Shown here: positions 51,502 through 63,535 of the stretch, in pieces
How positions within the stretch are numbered: position 1 is the first letter of the stretch
Layout of the letters: the number at the start of each line of letters is the position of its first letter
NCBI RefSeq assembly: GCF_001194135.2
Contig: NC_068986.1
Coordinates: 9,895,234 to 9,959,233 of the forward strand
Source of the DNA: Octopus bimaculoides
Taxonomy: Eukaryota
Length of the DNA stretch: 64,000 nucleotides
Direction of reading: 5' to 3'
Translations under genes and position numbers: made by a program
The notes under the pieces: generated by a model
Told to the model about the DNA's origin: nothing
The model's input: only the letters and a program-made list of their open reading frames with translations
Databases searched by the model: none

Positions 51502-52746
51502 TGTGTCATCCCATGAATAATGCGGTTTTTTTTTCAATTCATGAACTAAAAGTCGGAGGGGGATGGCATAAACTACTTGCATCAACTTGCTACAAAAGCA
51601 GGTAGTAATTTTATCTTGTACTTATTCTTAGTGTAAGTTTTCAAGAGTGCAGTTCGATTTTAACAGTTATTTTTTTCAAAGCTATAATGGAAGTGACAAA
51701 GAACCATATTTGGTTATATTTTGCTTTATGAGTTCAATAAAAGCAACAATGCAACGGAAAGTGTGAGGAATATTAATGCAGTATAAGGGGATTGAACAAT
51801 AAACATGAACCAGTGTTAACAGTGGTTACATAAATTCTGAACCAGAAAATACAGCCTAGAAGATGAGTCTCATTCTGGAAGATCTGCAGAGTTTGACGAG
51901 GACATCCTGAAAACCCTGGTGGAACAAAATCCCATTGTAATTGTTGAGGAACTGGCAGAGAAGCTTGTATTTGGTCATTCGACCATTCATTGACACATGT
52001 GTGCCATCGGAAAAGTCAGCAAATTGGGTCAATGGGTTCCTCACAAACTTTCCGAGTATAATTACATGCAGAAAGTGAATGTGTGCTCTTCTTTGCTGTC
52101 ATGTCTCATGAATGAGCCTATTTTGGACTGAATCATTATTCAGTGATGAAAAATGAGTTCTCTGTAAACTGGTGATGAAAAATGAGTTCTCTGTTAAAAT
52201 GTCGAGCATCAAAGACAGTGGGTAGGGAAAGGAGAAACATCGGCACCCCAGGCTAAAGAAGGTTTCCACCTACATAAGATGTTATCTCTTTGGTGGGATA
52301 TGCAAGGTTTAGTCCACTTTGAACTTTTAAACCCAAAGCTAGAAGAAAAACAACCATCTTTGGTTTCAAGATGAAAGGTGTTCTTCCATCAGGATAATGC
52401 TTGGCCACATATAGCAAGGATGACATTCCAAAGGCTGGAGTAGTTTGAATGGGATATGATGCCCCACCCACCATATTCACTGGACATTGCCCCATCTGAT
52501 TATCATTTATTCCGCAGTCTTCAAAATCATTTGGACGGAAAAAATATGAATTCTTTAGACGAGGTCAGAACACTACTGGAGTAAATGAATTTTGGAAGAG
52601 GGTTTTTGCAGGTCTACCAGATAGATGGAAGAGCGTTGTAGTAAAAGAAGGGGAGTGTATTTTAGATGAAAAAAGAATTTTGTTTACCTTAATTTTGAAA
52701 AATAAAAGAAGTGTAAAAAAACTGTATTACATATGGAATGACTCAA
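51501..52746 (+). mobile_element. Full-length but inactivated mariner element (DD34D-type motifs)
   Basis: Imperfect TIRs (TTGTGTCATCCCATGAATAATGCGGTTTT vs the reverse complement of AAAACTGTATTACATATGGAATGACTCAA); motifs WVPHKL, TGDEK, FHQDNAWPH and PYSLDIAPSDYHLF. Stops and frameshifts present. Confidence 0.92.
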
Positions 52747-53639
52747 TGTATATATTTATATGTGTGTAAACTTTTAGATAAGTTCAAGTATGTTTAGGAT
52801 ATATTTGGCCTGTAAAAGGCTGTTTCCCCTTCAGTTTGGTGCAGAGGGAATTCTTGTTTTAGCAACTAGTGTTAAAACATCAACAGTCATTTCACAGTAC
52901 CCCCAGTAGATCGATGAAAGCATTTCAAGCTCCTTTGCTAACATCAGTACTGGATACCAAACAGGATAGAGCTGAAATAACTTTGGAAGTCATTACTTCC
53001 TTTTAATAAATGAGGAGACCTATTAAGTCAAGTACATCATCAAAATGAAATCAAATCACAATCAAATGGAAATTATAGTTGTGGTGCCTGTGCTGGTGGC
53101 ATGTAAAAACCACCATCCGATCGTGGTTGATGCCAGCCCCCTCTGGCTTGTGCCAGTGGCATGTAAAAGGCACCCACTACATTCTTGGAGTGGTTGGTGT
53201 TAGGAAGAGCATCCAGCTGTTGAAACATTGCCAGATCAGACTGGGAGTCTGGTGCAGCCTCCTGGCTTTCCAGACCCCAGTCGAACTGTCCGACTCATGC
53301 CAGCATGGAAAACAGACGTTAAACGATGATAATGATGATGATGATGTGCTGACTGCATGCATTGGCTGCCAGGCTCAAACAAGTTACACAGTAAGCATAT
53401 TCAAACTGTTCTCCCTACATTTGTTTCACTCGAGGTGGTTGTTGGCTGTTTGTGCACTTGCTGAATGAGTCACACAACCCATGTTAAGTCATCGCAGTTT
53501 TACTTAACTGAAGGACAAATACTTGTTTTCTTGCTAAACAAATTTTGTAAAAAACAAATCATTGTAATGTTTGCCTGACTTTTGCAACAGTTGTTCTGTT
53601 TTCTTTCTTTAAATATCATCATTAAAAATGTCTCTTTAA

Positions 53640-53859
53640 CCCTTTAATGTTTAAACTGGCCATATCCGGCTCAAATATTCCAACTGTTTTATGTTCAAAC
53701 TAGCAAGATTCAGCCTCTTACACCTACCCTACAATGTCATTCTAAAGCTAAACAAACACACCATCGAAATCTCAAAGCTACTACATAATGCATGATTAAT
53801 TCAAAACGATATGAATAAATAAGCATTACATTTGATAGAATAATCTGAATGCTAAAGGG
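53640..53859. mobile_element. piggyBac-type MITE
   Basis: TTAA|CCCTTTA ... TAAAGGG|TTAA. Related copies at about 13495-13720, 20195-20420 and 34095-34220. Confidence 0.8.
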
Positions 53860-54808
53860 TTAAATGGTGAAACCAACTTTTAGCCAATTATGCAATACTG
53901 ATGACATAAATTCTTACACAAAGTAACACTTAAAAAAAAATTTTATGAAATAAATTATTGTTTTTGTGTCTTGTTTCAACAGATGCCAATGAAAATTCCT
54001 TCAAATCTTTGTCTTTTCTGAAATTTCCTTCTTCACAGTGCTGACAGCTGCAAAAGAATTGGTAAAAAGAAAGTTATGTATTTCATAATCAGATATGTGT
54101 TCGAGCCCCAGAGTTTTCAAAGTGAAGACCTTAAGTCTGAATTCTATTTCTTTACTCCTTTATGTGTTTCAGCCCAAAGGCGGTGGCCATGCTGGAGTAC
54201 TACCATTTTTTGTTTTATTGCCAATAATATTTTTTCATGAATTTCATCAGTAGGAATTCCAGAAATTTGACAGAATTATGTACTAATTCTTCTTGATAAT
54301 ATATGTCAGTCTTGCTATTCTACCCCCACTGGAGAAAATATTTCAATTATTTCCCCCCTGTGTGTTGGTATTTTATCAGAGAATAACAACCAGCGTGAGC
54401 TTATCAAAGGGGATTTATCAGTAAGTCCAATATTTATTGACAGGTTGTGTGGTTGAGGAGCTTGCTTTGCAATCATGTGCTCTTAGGTTCAAGCTCACTT
54501 TGCAACACTTTAGGCAAGTGTCTTCTACAATAACCCTGGGCTGACAAAAGCCTTGTGAATGGATCTGGTAAATGGAAACTGAAAGAAGCCTGTAATATAT
54601 ATATATATATATAATTTTTTATTTTGTATATTTTCATTTGTCTTGCCCGCTTATGTTCTGGTGTTTGCTGAATTTTTTCTAGAGAACATTATTTTCTTTG
54701 TCGTTAGATCATAGATGATCTTTTTCCAGCATATCGGGTGTACACTTAGTGGTCATCCCTTCTTATACTCATGTAATACAATTTTTCTGAATTTTCAGAT
54801 TATTTATA

Positions 54809-54848
<40 letters not shown>

Positions 54849-56474
54849 TTTTATTCTTTTACTTGTTTCAGTCATGTGACTGCGGCCATACTGGAAAACT
54901 GCCTTTAGTTGAACAAATCGACTCTAGGACTTATTCTTTGTAAGCCTAGTACTTATTCTATCGGTCTCTTTTGCTGAACCACCAAGTTACGGGGTCGTAA
55001 ACACACCAGCATCGGTTGTCAAGTGATGGTGGTGAGGGGACAAACACAGACACATGCACAAATACACACACACACACATACATATACGGCAGGCTTCTGT
55101 CTGCCAAATCCACTCACAAGGCTTTGGTCAGCCCAAGGCTATAGTAAGAGACACTTGCCCTATATACTAGCAGACATACTCAGCATTGCTTAGGATTTAA
55201 ATGGCATAGTTTGTATATATGGTGTGCACCATTGACGACAAAACATTTGTGGTGTAAACGAAGGGCTAATTTTACTAAGTGATGTGTCATGTGTCTGTTT
55301 GGAAGATTCCAGGCCTTAACCATGTCGTAGAAAAGTGGGTGGTGGGTATGTGATTTTTGAATGCACCAAAAAGCTCTCAGTGGATACACTCTCCTTTGCG
55401 GCTGTCGGCGCTGCTGCTGCTGCCATGCTCAACAATCAACAGACATAAGAACTACATCTTTGTGATGAATTAAGCCTGTGGGCGTGCTCAACAAGCATCT
55501 CATGAGAGAAATCTACATGAAAGAAATGATGTGGTAAGTGTATGTGGTGGGGAGATTGGCAAGGAAGTGCTTGAAAACAACACTACCATGCGATATTTTG
55601 GTTTGGAATCAATAGTCGTGGCTCAACCATGCACTCCTTCAAATTAACAGCATGCGACCATTGTGACGACAATTTAGCTCCTAAACGAAAACAATTCTGC
55701 ATGCAGCGTCCAGGCACACAAGGTCACATTAAGGACATCGTCTCTAAGTAACGTGGTTGGGTCTTAGACACAATAAATTAGTAGGTTAAAATCCATTTCA
55801 ATTTGTAATCAATAGTTGATAAGGAAGACTTTGATAAAAAAAGGTAAAAGGAAAAAGCTGAATAGTTGCTCAGGATTTAACATATTTTAGCATATTATTT
55901 TGTACTAAACATAGGGCATTCCAAACGGTTTTTATTCCAACAAATTGATACTTATGGTACTACAGGAACAGGCTATTAATGCTACCATTTAGACAATGCA
56001 GTCTGAAGTCTACATTGGTTCAACCATTTAATACAACCTACTTATATCACTTCAGTAGCTGCTTTTTCCAGTTTGAACAAAAGCAATGCGTGGACCAAGC
56101 AGGCAGTCTTATGTACCTCAGGAAATGAGGTTTTCTGCTCCCAGGGGCCCCATTACTCATAATGTGAAAAATATTAAGAGTCTCAAATGATCTCTGAAAC
56201 ATAAGAAACATAAGTAACGTATGTTCCCAGTTTGAAGAAAATCAGTTGAGAACTACAGAAGTTCTGCAGGTTTACACACACACACACATCCTCAGTGTTA
56301 TATATATATATATATATATATATNNNNNNNNNNNNNNNNNNNNNNNNNNNNNNNNNNNNNNNNNNNNNNNNNNNNNNNNNNNNNNNNNNNNNNNNNNNNN
56401 NNNNNNNNNNNNNNNNNNNNNNNNNNNNNNNNNNNNNNNNNNNNNNNNNNNNNNNNNNNNNNNNNNNNNNNNNN

Positions 56475-56565
56475 CTTCAAACTCGATATATCCAAGATCG
56501 ATTTATTCACCACTCGTTGACATAGAGTGGTGAATAAATCGATCTTGGATATATCGAGTTTGAAG
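56475..56565. repeat. Perfect 41-bp inverted repeat with a 9-nt loop, abutting an N gap
   Basis: 56475-56515 is the exact reverse complement of 56525-56565; loop GTTGACATA. Confidence 0.92.
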
Positions 56566-59500
56566 CTTCTGTCTCTTTTAAATATACAAATTTAAAAGTT
56601 AAAAACCTTGAAATATATATATATATATATATCATCATCGTCGTCGTCGTCGTTTAACGTCCGTTTTCCATGCTGGCATGGGTTGGACGGTTCGACTGGG
56701 GTCTGGGAAGCCAGGAGGCTGCACTAGGCCCCAATCTGATCTGGCAGTGTTTCTACAGCTGGATACTCTTCCTAACACCAACCACTCTGGAGTGAAATCA
56801 TAGTCATAGCCGATGCCAGTGCTACCTGACTGGCACCTGTGCTGGTGGCACATAAAAAGCACCATTTGAGTATTGAGCCTCATGGAGCCAGTGACAGATG
56901 ACTGAGACCATTGGCAATATGCCATGTTTGTGAAGATCTATCAGCACACGTAAGACCATAGTTGTGGTTGATGCTGTTGTCAGGTAATTGGCACCTGTGC
57001 TGGTGGCACATAAAAAAGGTACCATTCAAGGATTGGGCCTTATGGAGTGTAGACGCAGGTCTACACATGCTTGTGTAGACCTGTCAAGCCAAGTGAGACC
57101 ATAGTCATGGTTGATGCTGGTGTCAGGACATTGGCACCTATGGCAGTGACACATAAAAAACACCCACTACACTCTCGGAGTGGTTGGCCTAATGGGAAGG
57201 GCGTCCAGCTGTAGAAACCTTGTCAAATCAGATCAGAACCTGGTGCAGCTCCCCGGGTTACCAGTTTTCAGTGAAACTGTCCAAACCCATGCCAGTATGG
57301 AAACCAGACATTAGATAATGATGATGATGCACATCGCATGATTGACCAGACTATTAGATGATGTTATACATTGCTAGTCACAATGCGCTTTCCATTGTTT
57401 TAGCTTTCGAATGATGCCATCTTGCTGGTTAGGCAGGATGACCAGCGTTTCCTCTAATCGGAAGGTTATTTGGTCGCAGAGATACTATTTGCAGCTGTAA
57501 TAAAAGAAATCGTCTGATGTTGAAACTGAACAATAATATAAATCAAACAAGAAAAGGTGATGAGCTGGTAGAAAAGGTGATGAGCTGGTAGAAACGTTAG
57601 CACGCCGGGCGAAAAGCTTAGCGGTATTTCGTCTGGCTTTGTCTGTCCTTGTTTGTCCCCTCTATGTTTAGCCCCTTCTTGGCAATAAAGAAATAAGAAA
57701 CGTTAGCACGCCGGGAGAAATGCTTAGCGGTATTTCGTCTGCCGTTACGTTCAAATTCCGCCGACGTTGACTTTGCCTTTCATCTTTTCGGGGTCGATAA
57801 ATTAAGTACCAGTTACGCACTGGGGTCGATGTAATCGACTTAATCCCTTTGTCTGTCCTTGTTTATCCCCTCTATGTTTATCCTCTATGTTTACCCCCCT
57901 GTGGGCAATAAAGAAATAAAATAATATTAAAGCAAATAACATGAACAAGAGAGACAACTCAGTTGCTTCGAAGGGAGAAAACTCTGGTGGTATGATGTTT
58001 TTGTTTCTCATTCTGAGTATTCGGCTCAAGTTCGTAAGGTTATGAGTTCGATTCCTGGCAGCACACTGTGACACTTTATTTCACACTGTATCAGTTTGCT
58101 CAGCTGGCAAAAATGAGTTGTAGCTGCATTCGAAAGTGTCAGCTTTGTTATGGGTACGCGCGTCTGTGGATTATTCAGCCACTTATAGGTTAATTTCACG
58201 ATCAGGCTCTCCCATTGATCGGATCAACTGGAACGCTCGTCGTCGCAACCGACGGAGTATCAGTTTTGAGGTAAGAAGATGCGGAGCTGACAAATTAACT
58301 CTTAGCTGCATTTTTGTCCGGTATATGTTCTTGGTTCAAATACCGCCAAGCTCGGTTTTGTTTTTCATCCTTTCGGGGGTCGGTAAAATAAGTACCAGCT
58401 GAGCGCGTGGGTCTATATAACCGATTCACCCTCCCCTAAAATTGATGGCTTTATGCCAAAATATGAGACCATAATTCTGACTTAGACGAAGGTGGGTAAC
58501 AGGAGAATCTTCATCAGACAAAATATGTCCATCGTCTTTTGTTAACGAAATGGTCCTTATCAGCTGTGCGATTGTGTGAGCGCATGCGTATTTTACAACC
58601 AGGATACGAAGGAAAACATATGTACGCACGCAACGTTTTCAAGATGAAATCGAATTTAATTGAAGATAGAAGTATATGTTTGTAAATACTTTTTGGTTAT
58701 CTCACCCCCATTAAAAAATTGCCATTAAAAAACTGGGCTAAGGCGGCGAGCTGGCAGAAACGTTAGCACACCGAGCCAAATGCTTAGCGGTATTTCGTCT
58801 GTCTTTACTTTCTGAGTTCCAATTCCGCCGAGGTCGACTTTGCCTTTCATTCTTTCGGGGTCGATAAGTTAAGCATTTTTTTTTAGTTGGGGGAGATACT
58901 CCAATTTTTTAATGGGGGTGAGATAACCAAAAAGTACTTACAAACTGTGTACACTCACAGCTAAAAATCAGAGAACATATTAGTCAACATCTGTTTATGT
59001 TCTGAGTTCAAATCCTACCGTAGCTCATTTTGTCTCTCCAGAGTCGATGAAATAAAGCATTAATCAAATACTGGGCTTGATTTAATCGACTGCACTCTCT
59101 CACCAAATTTACGGCGCTGTCTCGATAATAGGAATCATTCTGAGATGGATAGGGTGCAATACTCACACTATATTTTAGACTAAGATTTGAGACAACTGCG
59201 GGACTTGATAGAGTTAGCGTTTGATATCTAAATTTGCCATGATAAAGAACACTGAAATCTGTTTGAGATTTTTGATAAGATAAATATTCATTTTTATTGC
59301 GGGGAAAATATTGTTGTTACTACGAATGACAAACAGTGAAGTAGATGGAAGATTATTGTCGTTGAACTCGGTAGAATAGTAGTCGTTGCTGTGATGTTAG
59401 CTGATCATTGTGTGCTGCAGTCGCTTTCCGGTCATTGTTTTAGCGTTGTGACAGCGCTCTGGCCAGTTGCTGGTTTTGCTACGTGTTCTGTGTCCGGTCT

Positions 59501-59923
59501 GATGTCCACCGTCCACTCGTAGTGACCAAAAGATACGCTGAATATTCAGTGGTGGTCTTGCTCATAAAAAGCGCACCAAAAATGAAATTGCTGTTAGATC
59601 CGGCTCCACACGAAGTCTTGAATGGTCAGAACTTTTAATGGCGTTGGCAATATTCTAACGAATCGCTATCGTATTATTCAGTATTCTTTTTTGTTTTGCC
59701 ATCGGATATTGTGATCTGGGTTCGATTGCTTAATATTCTTGCTACAAATTAGAGATATATTACAAATTAGTAATTCAATTCAGAGATCTATTCCAACGGC
59801 AGGGCATTACTTTTAGGCCCAGAATATACTTTAACACTGACCAGTTGGCAACGATGTCTTACAAAGCCAAAATGCGATTCATATAACATTAGTTTATCGG
59901 AGGAACTGGAACATAGTCTAGAC

Positions 59924-60543
59924 TAGTGCTTCTCAAACTATCTGATGTGGCGTACCGCCATTTTTTTGTCTTGTTTTCCAGTGTACCCGAGACCGGTAAT
60001 ATTTCTTGGTAATATTAATTTATACCGGAAACAATATATATCATGAATATAATAAAAGTTGACTATTCTTTTTTCACAATGAGAGATATTCAGCAACAGT
60101 ACTTTGGAGTAAAGATTATTTGCCAACATAACATGGCAGTCCTGGTTTAGGACGAATGTAGCTGTAATTTAGATCTAGGAGGCATCGTCTCCAGCTGGTT
60201 ATACGACACGATCTGTGTCCTTATATTTTGAGTGGGGGTGCTGGATTCCCTTGTTCGAAAATATAAGGACACAGATCGTGTCGTATAACCAGCTGGAGAC
60301 GATGTCTCCTGGGGCTAAATTATAGCAACATTCGTCCTAAACCAGGACTGCCATGTTATGTTGGCAAACAATCATTACTCCAATTTTTTTTTCATCTTAT
60401 ATTTATTTTGTAAACAAATAATACAATGCTACATAAGCTGATAAGTTGTTTACTGCAATGCATAAAGCAAAATTACTGAAATTATGCTATTATTTCTTTC
60501 TTTTCTGGAAACTCGCCGCGGACCATCATTTTGAGTAGCACTG
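59924..60543. mobile_element. hAT/Charlie-type MITE with 8-bp TSD, containing a nested palindromic insert
   Basis: GTCTAGAC|TAGTGCTTCTCAAA ... TTTGAGTAGCACTG|GTGTAGAC (7/8 TSD match, nTCTAGAn-type target). Confidence 0.85.
60104..60383. repeat. Long inverted repeat (about 125-bp arms, 28-nt spacer)
   Basis: 60104-60229 matches the reverse complement of 60258-60383 with about 10 mismatches, concentrated in the outer and middle parts of the arms. Confidence 0.92.
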
Positions 60544-62137
60544 GTGTAGACCACATCCTCGTAAATATTCAACTGAATATCAAACTTTACAACATTACAT
60601 TCACTATTACATATGTATATTTTGTATGTGAGTTACGACTGAATGAAGAGCTAATATTCATTGGACGGTATGTAGTGGAACTTTGATGTAAATGTGTATG
60701 GTTGTTTCGTGTAACTGCGTCTTTAGCGAAAGCGATAGTGAAAGCTTGAGCTTACTGTGGCTCTGAGTATGTCTAAACGGTATTTAATTTGAGTAGTTTC
60801 ATTTTAATGTAAAAATTGTGATGATGTCAGGCGCTCTATTTTATGTTCGTTGCAGTTTGTTGTGGAGAAAATGGTGGTCTAGACAGGACAAAATACAACT
60901 CATCATAGATGTAATATGATGTCGAGGGGAGAGAATAGAGGAGTAGACAGGATTAACACAGCCCACCGTAGATGTAATATAAATTAACGTTATCTGCATT
61001 GACAGCCATGTCTGTTCAGTAATAAGCAAAGACCACAGCACATCAAATTAATATATTTAGTGGCGATTATATTTTTAAGGTGATGTTTGACCCATATTTC
61101 AATCTATTGTCTTATTTCGTCACTGATGTCTGTTGTCGTCTCAATTGTGTCATTTCAGACTCTTTACAGCCACTTGATGTCCAGTATTCTCTTTGAGCAA
61201 GTGAATTATAACGTTGTCAATTGGTTTTCCTTCTGTTTTTATCACTTTCCAGTTTCCACATCCGTAGAGTAATTCTAAACCAGGAAACTCAGGTTACACA
61301 AAGAGTGCATCACTCAAAGTTTGGAATGCAGAAATTACTGACGAGGTGCGGCAGCAGAGACTAACGTGATTGATACCGTGGTTCACATGCATCATCTTCT
61401 GCTAGTGTTAGCCAATCCCCACCCTCACGTATCGTGTGCTACAATTGCTATGATGTCTTGGGTGAGTCACGTCTCCCAGTCAAGTCAGTAGCGAGGAGGT
61501 GTCCTGTCGTTGTTCGTGAATAATTACAACGAAAGAATAGTTTTGTGAACGGGATTAATTTACTTTTAATTAGCTCAAGGAATGAAAATTTTCGTGGTCG
61601 GTCGATCTTTTAAAAATAGCAACTAAATTTTTCTATTCTATTTTTACAATAAATTCAATTTAAATATTTTATAATTAAAGTAATTATATATAATTAAGCA
61701 TTAAATAAAGAATTTTAAAATATATGTATATAATGATTATAACATTAATACATTAAATTAAAATAAGGATCTCCTCTCACCAGACTATATTAAAGAAAGA
61801 GAGGACACATTGGATAGTGGAGTGAGAGTGAGGCAGAGGGAGAGAAAGGGAGAGAGGGGGAGAGAGAGATTGTTACTAAGATTGAAGATGTGGTGATCCC
61901 AACGGGAATACAGACCTGCTCAAGGGAAGCTCACCTGGGACTAATCAACAACAACAACAATAACAGCAACATATATCTTAAAATAAATTGCCCAAAATAC
62001 AAACCTGGCTAATTAATATTAATTTCCTTCGTTAAGGTTGCGAAATTATGAGGAGTAAATTGTGTGTGTGTGTGTGCGTGCGTGTGTGTGTATACATACA
62101 CTTACATATATGGGTATATATACATATAAACATATAG

Positions 62138-62524
62138 TCTTTTATTTGTTTGTCATTTGACTGTGGCCAAGCTGGAGCACCACCTTTTAGTCGAACAAAT
62201 CGACCCTAGGATATTTCTTTGTAAGCTTAGTACTTATTCTATCGGTCTCTTTTGCCGAACCGCTAAGTTACGGGGATGTAAGCACACCAACATCGGTTGT
62301 CAAGCGATGGCAGGGGAAAAACACAGACAGACACACACACACACACACACACATATATACGACGGGCTTCTTTCAGTTTCCGTCTACCAAATCCACTCAC
62401 AAGGCTTTGGTAGGCCCAAAGCTATAGTAGAAGACACTTGCCCAAGGTACCACGCAGTGCGACTGAACCCGGGACCATGTGATTGGGAAGGAAGCTAGTT
62501 ACCATACAGCCACTCTTGCGCCTA
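62138..62524 (-). mobile_element. Composite tRNA-headed SINE family C (head, CORE-like domain, internal (TA)/(TG)n, tail); representative copy
   Basis: GGCGCAAGAGTGGCTGTATGG..GGGTTCAGTCGCACTGCGTGGTACCTTGGGCAAGTGTCTTC..GGAAACTGAAAGAAGCCCGTCG(TA/TG)n..GGTGCTCCAGCTTGGCCACAGTC. Other copies near 8750, 12865, 13960, 30840, 37520, 39495, 43975, 44650, 46000, 54445 and 54860. Confidence 0.85.
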
Positions 62525-63248
62525 TACAGTATATGAGTGTGTGTGTGTGTGCGCGCGCGCGTGCGTGTATGTATATATATATATACACACATGATATATA
62601 TATGTGTGTGTAAATACATATTATATATATGTACATATATATATTTGCATTGCTACGTATCTCTCTTTACCCCTCTCGTTCTTCCTTCTGTTACTACTAT
62701 ATTCCTTTCTTCCTCTCTTTCTCTCGTTGCTCACCTATTCTTCTACTTCCTCCCTTTGTTTCTCCCTCTACCACTCTCTCTCTCTCTCTCTCTCTCCCTT
62801 ACCCCTGCCTGGTCACATCTTCCAAAAACAAACAGATTAAATCTCTCATTACATTACTGCTCAAATAAAATCAACAATTAAACCTAATTACTTATTTTTC
62901 GATCAACTAACCTTTACACCGACCTACGATCGGTTACAACTCTTATAAAAGTACCATAAATCTGAAGCTGACACCTAAATTGACACACGTGGTTACAAAG
63001 TTCTGCATGCATGACTGAATTCTGAACGACTCCAAATTTAATCACTAAAAATCTTTCATAATATCTTTCCATCAGAACCTACCCTACAACATAATTATCA
63101 TCCAATAGGGCTCCACCTACTTCAGAAAAAGTGAAACTTACAAGAAACTGTAGAAAGCAAAGATGAACTCAAATGTACCACAGTCCGATGAAGAGTAAGA
63201 CGAAACTCCGAAGTCACTGCCAACACTTTTTGCTAAAGAATAATATGT

Positions 63249-63374
63249 ATACAGTTCTATATTTAAGAGATGAGGAATTATGTATATTCGGCTGATATAC
63301 CCTCCAGCCTTCATCAGGTGCCTTGGGGAAATTTCGAACCCGGGTTCTCATTCCTAAGGTATTTTTCCATATTA

Positions 63375-63415
<41 letters not shown>

Positions 63416-63486
63416 ACCACTGCCTGGAATCGAACTCTGAATCTTGGGGTTAGTAGCCCGCGCTCTTAACCACTACGCCATATGCC
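63249..63486 (-). mobile_element. tRNA-headed SINE of the hammerhead-tailed family (its own ribozyme copy truncated after GAA)
   Basis: A box TGGCGTAGTGG (63480-63470), B box GAGTTCGATTCC (63437-63426), (AAT)n, linker, GGCAC CTGATGA A GGCTG..CAGCC GAA, then the tail end. Confidence 0.88.
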
Positions 63487-63489
63487 TAA

Positions 63490-63535
63490 GACACCTGATG
63501 AAGGCTGGAAGGTATATCAGCCGAAACGTTGTGTT
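63490..63535 (+). ncRNA. Minimal type I hammerhead ribozyme motif (intact core, palindromic 2-bp stem III) in the inverted tail fused to the SINE 5' end
   Basis: Stem I GACAC/GTGTT, core CTGATGA, extra A, stem II GGCTG/CAGCC, GAAA, then C-G-T-T; predicted cleavage after GUU at 63530/63531. Confidence 0.8.

Noticed and set aside
55180-55430. His-rich 69-aa ORF and MAAAAAP start on the minus strand
   Set aside because: Stops in the Met frame, no splice support and no recognisable domain.
59340-59690. CpG-rich non-repeat stretch with a short minus-strand frame (GHYEWTVDIRPDTEHV)
   Set aside because: Bounded by stops, with no convincing splice sites or homology.
63416-63486. Apparent tRNA gene (anticodon-like ACT)
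   Set aside because: Acceptor stem does not pair, and the sequence runs into (AAT)n and the repeat body; it is a SINE head.
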